DNA of 55,886 nucleotides from a virus (Duplodnaviria; Caudoviricetes): IMG/VR virus record IMGVR_UViG_3300011336_000523, positions 1 to 55,886 of that record; one strand, 5' to 3'. Shown piece by piece: positions 29,379 to 38,124 of this stretch (position 1 is its first letter; each line of letters starts with the position of its first letter). The notes under the pieces were generated by a model. It saw only the letters and a program-made list of their open reading frames with translations, ran no database searches and was not told where the DNA came from. The position numbers and the translations under genes were made by a program.

Positions 29379-30112
29379 TATATTGTATAGTTATTTAATA
29401 AACTTTTTCTTACGATTGAATTATCGTTTTTAAATAATTCCATTTGTTCTCCAATATCTAATGATTTTGAAGGTGCATTTTCATGATATAAATGAAAACA
29501 TTTATAAGGTAATAATTTAGGAGTAACACCTTTTAAAACTAAACGCTTACCTATATCTTGATCTTCACCTCCCCAATTTACATATCTTTCATCAAATCCT
29601 CCAATTTCATAAATAGTATTAAAATCAGCAAACCACATTCCACCTAGAGCTTGCTGTAATCCTCCCATATATTTAAAAGAATAAAACTTTTTATCAAACT
29701 CTAAAGTTTCTTTGTTTATTCCAATGTTAGGAGCAAGTTTAATAAAGTTGTTACAATAAAAATATTTTTTATCAAACTCTTTTATTAACTTTTCTACTTT
29801 ATCATAATCAGGTTTATTTACAAAACAGTCAGAATCATTAAAAGAAACAATGTCTGGTTTATTATTTTCTTTTAAATACTTTAATGCAGTATTTAATTTT
29901 AAAGATTTATTAAATTCTCCTTCAACAGGTAAATAAATAGATTTTGTAAAATATTGTTTATCAAAACTAAATTCAAATACATTAACAGATATATCTATAC
30001 CTTTAAACAATAAAAAACTTTCTAAGTCTTTTAACATTAAATAAGTAGATTCTAAATTGTCTAATCTATCTTGTTTAGTATACCAAAAAGGTAAATTAAT
30101 TGATACTTTCAT
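29378..30112 (-). CDS. GT-A glycosyltransferase (GT2/GT7 C-terminal-like)
   Basis: FNKSxxLN, DSD, GGFDERYVNWGGEDQD and HLYH motifs. Confidence 0.87.
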   Translation of the reverse strand: MKVSINLPFWYTKQDRLDNLESTYLMLKDLESFLLFKGIDISVNVFEFSFDKQYFTKSIYLPVEGEFNKSLKLNTALKYLKENNKPDIVSFNDSDCFVNKPDYDKVEKLIKEFDKKYFYCNNFIKLAPNIGINKETLEFDKKFYSFKYMGGLQQALGGMWFADFNTIYEIGGFDERYVNWGGEDQDIGKRLVLKGVTPKLLPYKCFHLYHENAPSKSLDIGEQMELFKNDNSIVRKSLLNNYTI

Positions 30113-30666
30113 TATTTTTTAATTACTATTATTAAAATTAATAATCCTATTATTAAAATATAAAACCAATTATTTAGTATATATTTTGTAAACCATGATT
30201 CTTCTTTTTGTTTTTTAATAACTGTATTTTTATAGTTAATTCTAAAACGAAAATTACCATCATCTTCTTGCTGCAAAGATATAAATATATTACTATCTTT
30301 ATATATTAATGGAGATTGTAAACATTTTTTAAAATATACTAAATCATTATACACTAATATTTTTGACATTTTATTTTGAAATAAATTAGTGTCAATTAAT
30401 CTACCTATTTTTTTACCTTTTTTATTGTAGCAAGTATCAATGTAAATTAATGAATCTTTTAATACTACTTTAACAATTGAATCGTATTTTGCTTTTAAAG
30501 AAATTGTATCTATTGGAGTATTAATTATAACAGTATCTAATGATTTTGTAGTAGTATCTATCCATTTATTTTCAATACCTTTAGATATAACTTTATTAAA
30601 TCTTCGTTTTGTTAAACAAGATGATAATGTAAAAACAATTAGTAATATCGTTAATAAGTATTTCAT
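30112..30666 (-). CDS. Lipoprotein with C-terminal TM helix, candidate unimolecular spanin
   Basis: Signal peptide with lipobox LSSC; C-terminal WFYILIIGLLILIIVIKK; adjacent to holin and endolysin. Confidence 0.65.
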   Translation of the reverse strand: MKYLLTILLIVFTLSSCLTKRRFNKVISKGIENKWIDTTTKSLDTVIINTPIDTISLKAKYDSIVKVVLKDSLIYIDTCYNKKGKKIGRLIDTNLFQNKMSKILVYNDLVYFKKCLQSPLIYKDSNIFISLQQEDDGNFRFRINYKNTVIKKQKEESWFTKYILNNWFYILIIGLLILIIVIKK

Positions 30667-30881
30667 TTGTTATCGTTCTCTACAAATAATTCTAACAATA
30701 AATGATTAATAAATCCAGCTCCTATAAAAGCAAAAGGTACAAAATTTGGTAATTCTGTAGAAGGAAATAACATTGCAATAGTAGATACAACAGTTGCACT
30801 ACCTGTTATAGCTGATACAATTCTTTGTAATTTTTTAATTACTTTAGGAGTTGGTGAATTTAATCTATCTATTATTTTCAT
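30663..30881 (-). CDS. Putative holin (2 TM)
   Basis: 72 aa, RxxSPTP N-terminus, two hydrophobic segments, next to the endolysin. Confidence 0.65.
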   Translation of the reverse strand: MKIIDRLNSPTPKVIKKLQRIVSAITGSATVVSTIAMLFPSTELPNFVPFAFIGAGFINHLLLELFVENDNK

Positions 30882-31423
30882 TACACAAAGTTAGCAATTT
30901 TTTTGACTATAGATTTTAATGTAGATGCGTAATTAGGGTCAGTAGCATAACCTGCTAAAGCTATTTCATCTATAAATTTGTAAGGATTATTTTTAACTAA
31001 TAGAGCTTTAGCGTATCTTTTATTTTTAATAAAGAAATTAGCATGGTCTACAAAACAATCTTTAGGAGTATCGTATTTTCTAAAGTAATCTTGACCTGTA
31101 TATTTAAAAAACTTTTGACCTTTAATTAATACAGGTTCTATTCTTGCTATATTAACTAACCCTATTTGCTTAGGAGTTAAATTATTTTTTCTACTATACT
31201 CAGTAGTAGTAATTAATTGCTCATTACCATTAACTCCATCAGTATCTTTTATACCAAAAAACATCCACCCAGGTGATTTACTATTCCAACCAGATTCTAA
31301 AGCTGCTTGAGCAAGTATTGCTAATGAAGAAATACCTGTTTCTTTTTCACATCCTAAAGCAAAAGGATATAATTGTTTAGTAAATGCTTCAGCAGTTAAT
31401 TTTGTAGATTGTTTTAAGCTCAT
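30881..31423 (-). CDS. Endolysin, GH73 glucosaminidase (FlgJ-like)
   Basis: AQAALESGW, FGIK, TTEY, FRKY, GYATDPNY motifs. Confidence 0.93.
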   Translation of the reverse strand: MSLKQSTKLTAEAFTKQLYPFALGCEKETGISSLAILAQAALESGWNSKSPGWMFFGIKDTDGVNGNEQLITTTEYSRKNNLTPKQIGLVNIARIEPVLIKGQKFFKYTGQDYFRKYDTPKDCFVDHANFFIKNKRYAKALLVKNNPYKFIDEIALAGYATDPNYASTLKSIVKKIANFV

Positions 31424-31761
31424 TATTTTTTATGTGTTATAGTATCTTCACCATCTGTATTTAATATAAACTGCGCCATATCTGTATCTATACCTTGTTT
31501 ATGACAAACTTGAAATAATAACATTAATACAATAGATGTTTTAGCATCATAAGCAGATTTAAAAGTACCAAAAGATGTTTTTAAACTATGAACATTATCT
31601 TCTACACTTTTAATTTTTAAAGACAAGTCTTTAATTTCTTTTTCGTGATCGTCCACTTTAGTATTTTTATTTTTATTAGCTTGAATATACATTCCTGTCA
31701 TAAAAACAATTTGCAGTAATCCAAACATTATAACAACCCATTCTGCTACATTTCCAAACAT
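31423..31761 (-). CDS. Membrane-anchored coiled-coil protein (holin/antiholin-like)
   Basis: N-terminal TM plus coiled coil; first gene of the lysis cassette. Confidence 0.6.
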   Translation of the reverse strand: MFGNVAEWVVIMFGLLQIVFMTGMYIQANKNKNTKVDDHEKEIKDLSLKIKSVEDNVHSLKTSFGTFKSAYDAKTSIVLMLLFQVCHKQGIDTDMAQFILNTDGEDTITHKK

Positions 31762-31806
31762 TATATATATTTTTTAAGTAAGTTTTAGTATTATTTAGTA
31801 AAAATA

Positions 31807-31814
31807 CAAAACTA
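31807..31814 (-). promoter_or_regulatory. Bacteroidetes -7 promoter element candidate for the lysis/tail operon
   Basis: TAGTTTTG on the - strand in the intergenic gap. Confidence 0.45.
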
Positions 31815-31868
31815 TTCATGAACTTAAAATTGTAGTTTATTCTTTATATATTATATATGTTTAGTAAA

Positions 31869-34800
31869 TTAATCTAGTTCAGTAAATTTTGTTAATGTTT
31901 TTTTCACACCAGAATAGAACGGAATTAATGGTTCTATTTTAGCACCTATTTTTAATCTTTCTCTTTTAGTATCTTCATACAAATATGGATTTCCTATTGC
32001 TGTTTCACCTGCAGCTTTTATTAATTCTAATCCTTGTTTAATAGTAGATATAGAAGCCATAGGAGATGAACCTAATAAATCAATAGTTGATTCAGGATTT
32101 ACAAAGTAAGTTAAATCTCGATTAAACCTCCATGCAGAGTTAATAATAAAATCTGAACCTATTATATCATCCCATTCATCTTCATCATCATCATATCCTG
32201 CTAATGCTTTTGCTAAAAAGTAAGTTAGTGTTAATGATGCAATTATTTTAAATTCTCTTAATGTTTTTCTAACATTCTCTTCATCTAATCCTTCTATATT
32301 AAATTCTTTTAATTTATCAGGATTAAAATGTGCTGTCCATAGTATTTGCAATCCTTTTTTAATTGAACTAGAATTTAAACTACCATCAGACATAAATACA
32401 CTACGAAAATATCCTTTATTAACTCCTAACTCTGATGTGTATTCTTTTGAAAATCTTCTTGTAATACCTTCAAATAACCATGATGCTTTAAATTGACCTA
32501 ATAATCTACCATAAAAATTTTTATTTAAAGCTATTGGATCTCTTTTATTATCTCTAGCTAATAAAGTTCTAGATAAAGCATGTATTTCATTTATTACTTT
32601 ATTACGAAATTCAGAACCAATTTCAAAAGATTCAGTAAAATCACCATCTAAATATGCTGCTCCATTTTCATCAAATTTAATTGCATCAAGTAAAGAATAA
32701 AGATTACCAGAAGAATCTGGTATTTTAATAGCATTTAATCTTGCAAATAATAAAGAACCTTTTGATATTTTTTCAGATTGCTTAAAAAACCAAAAAGCTG
32801 TATCAGTCCATTTTCCTTTAGGAGTATCATAACCAAAATTACTTAACAATGGAAAATTATTATACCATTTTTCTAATTCGTCAGGATTTTTTAATAACTG
32901 ATATGTTTTTAAAAACCCTAATTTTAAATCACTATCTGTAAAAAATTTACCACCTGCAGCTTCTACATACATAGAAGAAAAAGATTGAAATAATTCTGCT
33001 ACTCCTGAAAAAAAATTAAACCCTAATGATTTAATTGCTGTGTAGTTTATTAAATTATTAGTTAATTTTTTACCAGTAACTACTCTACCAGAATCATTTC
33101 TTTGTTTTTCTATTGCTTTAAATTCTTCTTCTGTAATTAAGTTTTTTTCTAAATTTTCTTTTGCTTGTTGATAATTTTTTTCTAATTCAGGGTCATATAA
33201 CATTTTTGAAAAAACACCATCTTTATCCTGTCTTTTATCATACATGTGTGCTTCAACAAAATACTTTAATTGTTCAAAAGAATTATTTTGTAAAGGAGTT
33301 GCTAATTGAGGTTTACCATCTTTAAACTGTATGTTTCCATTAACTACTCTATACTCAGGTTGAGCTTTTACAACATTCATTAATATTTTTATATCATCTT
33401 CTATTTTTTCTTTTTCTGCTTTATTAATAGAAGCTGTTATAAATTCTTGAAGTATTTTAGGTAAATCATAAGATTTATTTTTAGCAGATAGTTTTTTATT
33501 TAACATATTACCATCTGGTATAGACATCATACTTTCACCTGTTGTAGGGTCTTCAAAATATTCTCTTTTATCTTCAGGTATTTCAGCTAATAAGTAATAT
33601 GGAAGATTAGACATTTTTGTTAAAAACGCTACATTTTCTGGTAATTCAGGAATATAAGTTAATGATACACTATGTTTAGTAGAAGGGTCTTCTAACCTAG
33701 CTTTTTTAATTGTATTAGTATAAAAATTATAAAATATTTTTCTAGGATCATTATCATTCATAGCTTGTAGTTCTGTAAACTTACTGTCTAAGTAAATAGG
33801 ATTTGTTACATTAAATTTAACATAGCTTTTTGTATATGCTAAAAATCTTTTTGCCCATTCTATTTCATCACTACTTCTTTTAGATTTAGTAAGTATATTT
33901 AAAAAAGTTACAGGATTAGAACTCATTAACATATAATTTATCTTATCGTTAATAATATCTTCTAAATTTCTAGTACCTTCTACAATATTACTTTTTCTTA
34001 TATTTTTTTCACCTTCAGCTAAATATTGGTTATATGCTTCTTCATCAATTTGAATATTGTGATTATTTCTTAAAAAATTTAAATAAGTTTCTATTTGTCT
34101 ATTAGTTACTTTTTCATCATTAAAATTAGGTATAACTTTATACTTATCTGTTATATATTTATGATTAAATTCACTAATAGTATATCCTGTTAATTCTCCA
34201 TTTTCATCTGTTTGCAGCATATAATTAAAAAACTCTTTTGGATTTTTTATATCACCTAGTAATTTTAAAATATTTTTTAACGATGCAATAAATAAATTTT
34301 GTTTTACTTCTATTGTATTTACAATATTTACAATTTTTTGATGTGCGTATCTAATTAAAGGGTTATTAGATGTAGCAGCTGATAGTACTTTAGATGTCCA
34401 TTTATCTTCTTGTCTATATCCACCAATAGGTGCTTTAACTTCATTAGATACTTTTTTTTCAGATGCTTTAGTTATAGCAGTTTCTAAATCAGATAATTTT
34501 TGATTAAACAATTTTATTTGATTTAATAAATCTTCTTCATATCCTTCAGTAGGAAACAAATCTAAATAAGTATTTAAATATTGAGAAGCTAATACAATAT
34601 GACCATTTGATAAATAAGCAAATGCTTCATCTATATGTTCAAACGCTTGTTGCAATAAAAAAGGAATAATTTGATTTTCTTCGTACTTTAAATCTTTAAT
34701 TCTTTTTTCTAAAGCTTTTATTCTTTTTCTTAAAATAAATTTATACTCTTCATTTTTTTCTTTAAAATATTGTTTTTTAACAGCTTCTAAGTTAGATGTT

Positions 34801-36923
34801 AACTTATTTAAAGCTCTTTCATAAGGAGTTAATTTTATATCGATAGATAATTCTGAAGTAGTAGGTTGTATATCATAAATATACATACTGGTTTTTCCAT
34901 CTAAAAAGAGTTTAATGTGATCGTATTTTACATTTTCATCTTGTATAAATTGATTTATAAACTCTTCTTTAGTTATATTATTTTCTTTTAAATAATCCTC
35001 TATATTATATAGTCCATAATTTTTAATATTGTAAACCTGATTACCTATATTATAAGTACCTGATTTTAAATTAACTGGTCGTACAATTACAGATTTAATA
35101 CCTTTATTAATCTTGTCAGCACTTTCTTCTTGAAAAGGAAAATCAAAATCTAATGAATACTCTACATCAGGTGTAGTTGTTTCTTCAACAATAGGATTAT
35201 TTTCTACAAACTTTTTAAATCCTTCTATATCTTGTTTAGATGAAAGTATATGAATTTGTTCTGGTTCAAATACTATATAGTCTTTATAAAAATCATAATC
35301 TGCAACAATAGAATCAATATTTTTATCGGTATACCCTTTAGCTTTTTCGTAAGTTATATCTGATAATACTCTTGCTCTATCGTTACTTATATTTTTAAAA
35401 CTTAATATTTCTCTACTGTCTATTAGAGCATTTACTTTATTTTTACCATAATCTTTTATACGATTTAAATCATTTGTAAAAAAGTAAGCATTAGCAGTAT
35501 TAGAAATTTCTCTTTCTAGTACTTTTTTAATATTTTTAGAAAACTTATCAAATTCACCATCAGTACCATGATAAACAATATCTTTTACTTTACTATCAGG
35601 AAATATAGTAGATAAATATCTTTCATATTGTTCTTGTGTACCTATAGATGCAAGTTGTGGATTTTCTGCAAATAATTCACTAATACCTTGTCTTGGAGTT
35701 ACTGATTGTTTATTTTGTACGTAACTTTTAAATCCTTGTATATCTTGTTTAGAACCTAATATATGAATTTGTTCTGGTTTACCAACAGCATAAAGAGATA
35801 GTTGACCATCATCATTATGTGTAAGCATTGTATCAAATTCTCCTTTTTCATTTATGTTTCGTATTGAAGTGTTTAGTTCTTTTATTTTATTCTTTAAAAA
35901 ATCTTCTTCAACATTCTCCCAACCAGAATTTGATTTTTTAAAATCTTCTTTTTCTTCTTTACTTTTAAAGAATTTAATTTCATCTGTAACATCTATAAGT
36001 TGTAAAGCTAAAGCATTTTCAAAATCACCTTTTTGTAATAAAGAATTAATATTAAGTAATTCTTTATTCAAAGACTCTTTAGAATCTACATAATAACCAA
36101 AATGAGCAAATGGTTGAACTTGAATATTTTTTGAATCTACAAGTAATGCTAGAGTATTTCCATATCCTTCAGCTATATTTTTATCTTTTGCAAAGTAAAA
36201 CCCTTTTTGAAATTTAGATTTAGAAACATCAACTGTATCAAACTTTTCATTACTACCATGATAAACAATATCTTTTACTTTACTATCAGGAAATATAGTA
36301 TCAAGATATTGAGAGTATAGTTGTAAAGCTTGTTGTTTTTGTTGTGGGGTTATTTGACTATTCCAATTATACTTATTAATAAGATAATCTAAAGCTGTAG
36401 CATGGGATGATTCCCCAAGTTCCTTATAATAAACAATAGATTTTTCTTTTAATTTGCCAGATTGTAATACTTCTCTAATAAATTTATGTTGTTCAGGTTT
36501 AATAGTTGTAATAGGAGATAAAATCCATTCTATATATTTTTCTACGCTTTCTTTAGTAGATTTAGTTCTTATTAAACCTTTTTGTATTTCAGATTCTACA
36601 GAACTGAATGGGTTTCCAAAATGGTTATTAGTATTATTAACTCTCAAACTAAAAATACCACCAATAGATTTAGCATACTGTATTCCTGCTATTTGGTAAA
36701 CAGGTTGAATTACTATATTATCCTTTTTAGTTTTATTACCCAATTTAAGATAAATTTCAGATACTGTTTCTTGTTTATTACTAATCCCTAAAGCTTCATA
36801 TACAGCATTAGCAAGAGTTTTATTCTCATTAAATAAGTTATTAATAGCAATTTGCTTATTGAGATATTGAATAAATTGTTCTTCTGGTATTGATTGCCCT
36901 TTATATTTTATTATACAACCCAT
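31869..36923 (-). CDS. Large ejected virion (cargo) protein with N-terminal DUF4326-like, two ART-PolyVal-like and an ASCH-like module
   Basis: 1684 aa; FGNPF...SHATAL; two VYHG...FYF/YFF domains; GIKSVIVR; C-terminal region with GRLLGQFKASW; single Cys at position 3. Confidence 0.82.
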   Translation of the reverse strand: MGCIIKYKGQSIPEEQFIQYLNKQIAINNLFNENKTLANAVYEALGISNKQETVSEIYLKLGNKTKKDNIVIQPVYQIAGIQYAKSIGGIFSLRVNNTNNHFGNPFSSVESEIQKGLIRTKSTKESVEKYIEWILSPITTIKPEQHKFIREVLQSGKLKEKSIVYYKELGESSHATALDYLINKYNWNSQITPQQKQQALQLYSQYLDTIFPDSKVKDIVYHGSNEKFDTVDVSKSKFQKGFYFAKDKNIAEGYGNTLALLVDSKNIQVQPFAHFGYYVDSKESLNKELLNINSLLQKGDFENALALQLIDVTDEIKFFKSKEEKEDFKKSNSGWENVEEDFLKNKIKELNTSIRNINEKGEFDTMLTHNDDGQLSLYAVGKPEQIHILGSKQDIQGFKSYVQNKQSVTPRQGISELFAENPQLASIGTQEQYERYLSTIFPDSKVKDIVYHGTDGEFDKFSKNIKKVLEREISNTANAYFFTNDLNRIKDYGKNKVNALIDSREILSFKNISNDRARVLSDITYEKAKGYTDKNIDSIVADYDFYKDYIVFEPEQIHILSSKQDIEGFKKFVENNPIVEETTTPDVEYSLDFDFPFQEESADKINKGIKSVIVRPVNLKSGTYNIGNQVYNIKNYGLYNIEDYLKENNITKEEFINQFIQDENVKYDHIKLFLDGKTSMYIYDIQPTTSELSIDIKLTPYERALNKLTSNLEAVKKQYFKEKNEEYKFILRKRIKALEKRIKDLKYEENQIIPFLLQQAFEHIDEAFAYLSNGHIVLASQYLNTYLDLFPTEGYEEDLLNQIKLFNQKLSDLETAITKASEKKVSNEVKAPIGGYRQEDKWTSKVLSAATSNNPLIRYAHQKIVNIVNTIEVKQNLFIASLKNILKLLGDIKNPKEFFNYMLQTDENGELTGYTISEFNHKYITDKYKVIPNFNDEKVTNRQIETYLNFLRNNHNIQIDEEAYNQYLAEGEKNIRKSNIVEGTRNLEDIINDKINYMLMSSNPVTFLNILTKSKRSSDEIEWAKRFLAYTKSYVKFNVTNPIYLDSKFTELQAMNDNDPRKIFYNFYTNTIKKARLEDPSTKHSVSLTYIPELPENVAFLTKMSNLPYYLLAEIPEDKREYFEDPTTGESMMSIPDGNMLNKKLSAKNKSYDLPKILQEFITASINKAEKEKIEDDIKILMNVVKAQPEYRVVNGNIQFKDGKPQLATPLQNNSFEQLKYFVEAHMYDKRQDKDGVFSKMLYDPELEKNYQQAKENLEKNLITEEEFKAIEKQRNDSGRVVTGKKLTNNLINYTAIKSLGFNFFSGVAELFQSFSSMYVEAAGGKFFTDSDLKLGFLKTYQLLKNPDELEKWYNNFPLLSNFGYDTPKGKWTDTAFWFFKQSEKISKGSLLFARLNAIKIPDSSGNLYSLLDAIKFDENGAAYLDGDFTESFEIGSEFRNKVINEIHALSRTLLARDNKRDPIALNKNFYGRLLGQFKASWLFEGITRRFSKEYTSELGVNKGYFRSVFMSDGSLNSSSIKKGLQILWTAHFNPDKLKEFNIEGLDEENVRKTLREFKIIASLTLTYFLAKALAGYDDDEDEWDDIIGSDFIINSAWRFNRDLTYFVNPESTIDLLGSSPMASISTIKQGLELIKAAGETAIGNPYLYEDTKRERLKIGAKIEPLIPFYSGVKKTLTKFTELD
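35213..35779. repeat. 54-nt direct repeat pair encoding PEQIHILxSKQDIxGFK (35213-35266 and 35726-35779)
   Basis: 48/54 identity by manual alignment. Confidence 0.9.
35564..36300. repeat. 47-nt identical direct repeat pair encoding TIFPDSKVKDIVYHG (35564-35610 and 36254-36300)
   Basis: TACCATGATAAACAATATCTTTTACTTTACTATCAGGAAATATAGTA occurs twice. Confidence 0.95.
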
Positions 36924-37620
36924 AGTTTGTTCATTTTAATTAATTCTATTGTACTTACAGAAACACCATATTTAGAAGCTATTTCTTTCATTTTCATTTT
37001 ACCAAATAAAATTCTAATTTCATTAGCTTTTTCTTGGTTAAGTTTAGCCCTCGGATGATTCTCACCTTTAAACTTTTCAGATATTTTCTGTTTAGTTTCT
37101 TCTGAAAGATTTTTTCCTAAATGAGATTTTCTAATACTTTCTTTATGTTCATCAGATAGCTTTCTACCCACTCTTTTAGGATTATTAGTATTACTTTCAG
37201 AAATCTTTTGTTTATGTTCTTCTGTTAATACCATTCCTAAATTACTATTTACTTTTTTTCTTTTGTTAAAAGTAGGTTTTAAAATATCTATGAAAAATTG
37301 TTCAAGTTTTAATAAATATTCTTTAGGACAATTAACTAAAATTTCAAACTGAAAATTATCAATACCATATTTATTACAAGATGCTTGCAGATGTTTATTA
37401 GGATGTTTTGACAGATTCATATTAGCAAAATGAGTTCTTTTTCTGCTATTTAGGTTTACAGCAGAACCAATATAACTATCTTGAGTTATTATATTTGTTA
37501 TTTTATATATACCGCTTATGAACATTGTTTTTCTATTAAGTTGTCTTTCAATAGCAAAGATAATAAATTTTCAGCAGAAATACCAGAATTAGTTAATATT
37601 TTTGAATATACAGCATTAGC
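36798..37620 (-). mobile_element. Putative 808-bp gene-splitting element: C-terminal Cys tag + GIY-YIG endonuclease + N-terminal Cys tag, bounded by a 15-bp direct repeat
   Basis: ATATACAGCATTAGC at 36798-36812 and 37606-37620 (ANAVY in both flanking ORFs); deleting 808 nt fuses the flanking ORFs into one 1815-aa frame. Confidence 0.7.
36911..37525 (-). CDS. GIY-YIG homing endonuclease with NUMOD3-like repeats and C-terminal HTH
   Basis: SGIYKI...YIGS...R...H...EQFFID...FN; LTEEHKQKISES-type repeats; EIASKYGVSVSTI. Confidence 0.93.
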   Translation of the reverse strand: MFISGIYKITNIITQDSYIGSAVNLNSRKRTHFANMNLSKHPNKHLQASCNKYGIDNFQFEILVNCPKEYLLKLEQFFIDILKPTFNKRKKVNSNLGMVLTEEHKQKISESNTNNPKRVGRKLSDEHKESIRKSHLGKNLSEETKQKISEKFKGENHPRAKLNQEKANEIRILFGKMKMKEIASKYGVSVSTIELIKMNKLWVV

Positions 37621-38124
37621 TAATTCAGGATTATTATTAAATAATTCTTCTACACCTGGTTTAATAAGTGTTTCAGGACTTATTGAATACTCTAAATCTT
37701 TTTGTTCTTGTTCTCTTAAAACTTCATCATCCAAATAAAAATCATTATTTTCATACCATTCTTTTATTTTATTTTCTTCTTCTTTTTTTAGTTTAGCTAT
37801 ATATTCTTCTTTTGCTTTTTTTTCTTGTTCTTTTGTTAAAAGAGGTTTAGCAACTGTTACAGGATTTTTATTTTCTAATTCCCAAGTATATAAATCAGCT
37901 TGTCCTACTTTAGTAAAATTTATAAAATAACTTGTATTATTTTCTTTATTGTACTCACCAATTTTTTTCTTAATATTAATTTGTTGTGCAAATGAAACTT
38001 CTTTACGATAGTTTTTTAAAACTTGCTTAAGTTTAATATATTTTTTTAAACCTTCTTCAGCTCCATATTTAAAAGCTAAGTCATTTAATATTTTATTACT
38101 TGCACTGTTTAATAAACAATTCAT
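37516..38124 (-). CDS. Ejection-module protein (202 aa), probably the N-terminal fragment of the split cargo gene
   Basis: ATGA overlap with the RNAP stop; Cys only at positions 3 and 201; shares LFxxNxxLANAVY with the 1684-aa protein. Confidence 0.82.
   Translation of the reverse strand: MNCLLNSASNKILNDLAFKYGAEEGLKKYIKLKQVLKNYRKEVSFAQQINIKKKIGEYNKENNTSYFINFTKVGQADLYTWELENKNPVTVAKPLLTKEQEKKAKEEYIAKLKKEEENKIKEWYENNDFYLDDEVLREQEQKDLEYSISPETLIKPGVEELFNNNPELANAVYSKILTNSGISAENLLSLLLKDNLIEKQCS

Noticed and set aside
35213-36300. Diversity-generating retroelement TR/VR pair
   Set aside because: The repeats are short, both in frame within one ORF, and lack adenine-specific mismatches; no reverse transcriptase is in the window.
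36911-37525. Group I intron or intein around the GIY-YIG gene
   Set aside because: The ORF overlaps both neighbours, leaving no room for a ribozyme core. I saw no P7-type GACTA/TAGTC core and no intein splice motifs, and the endonuclease is not fused in frame to either flank.
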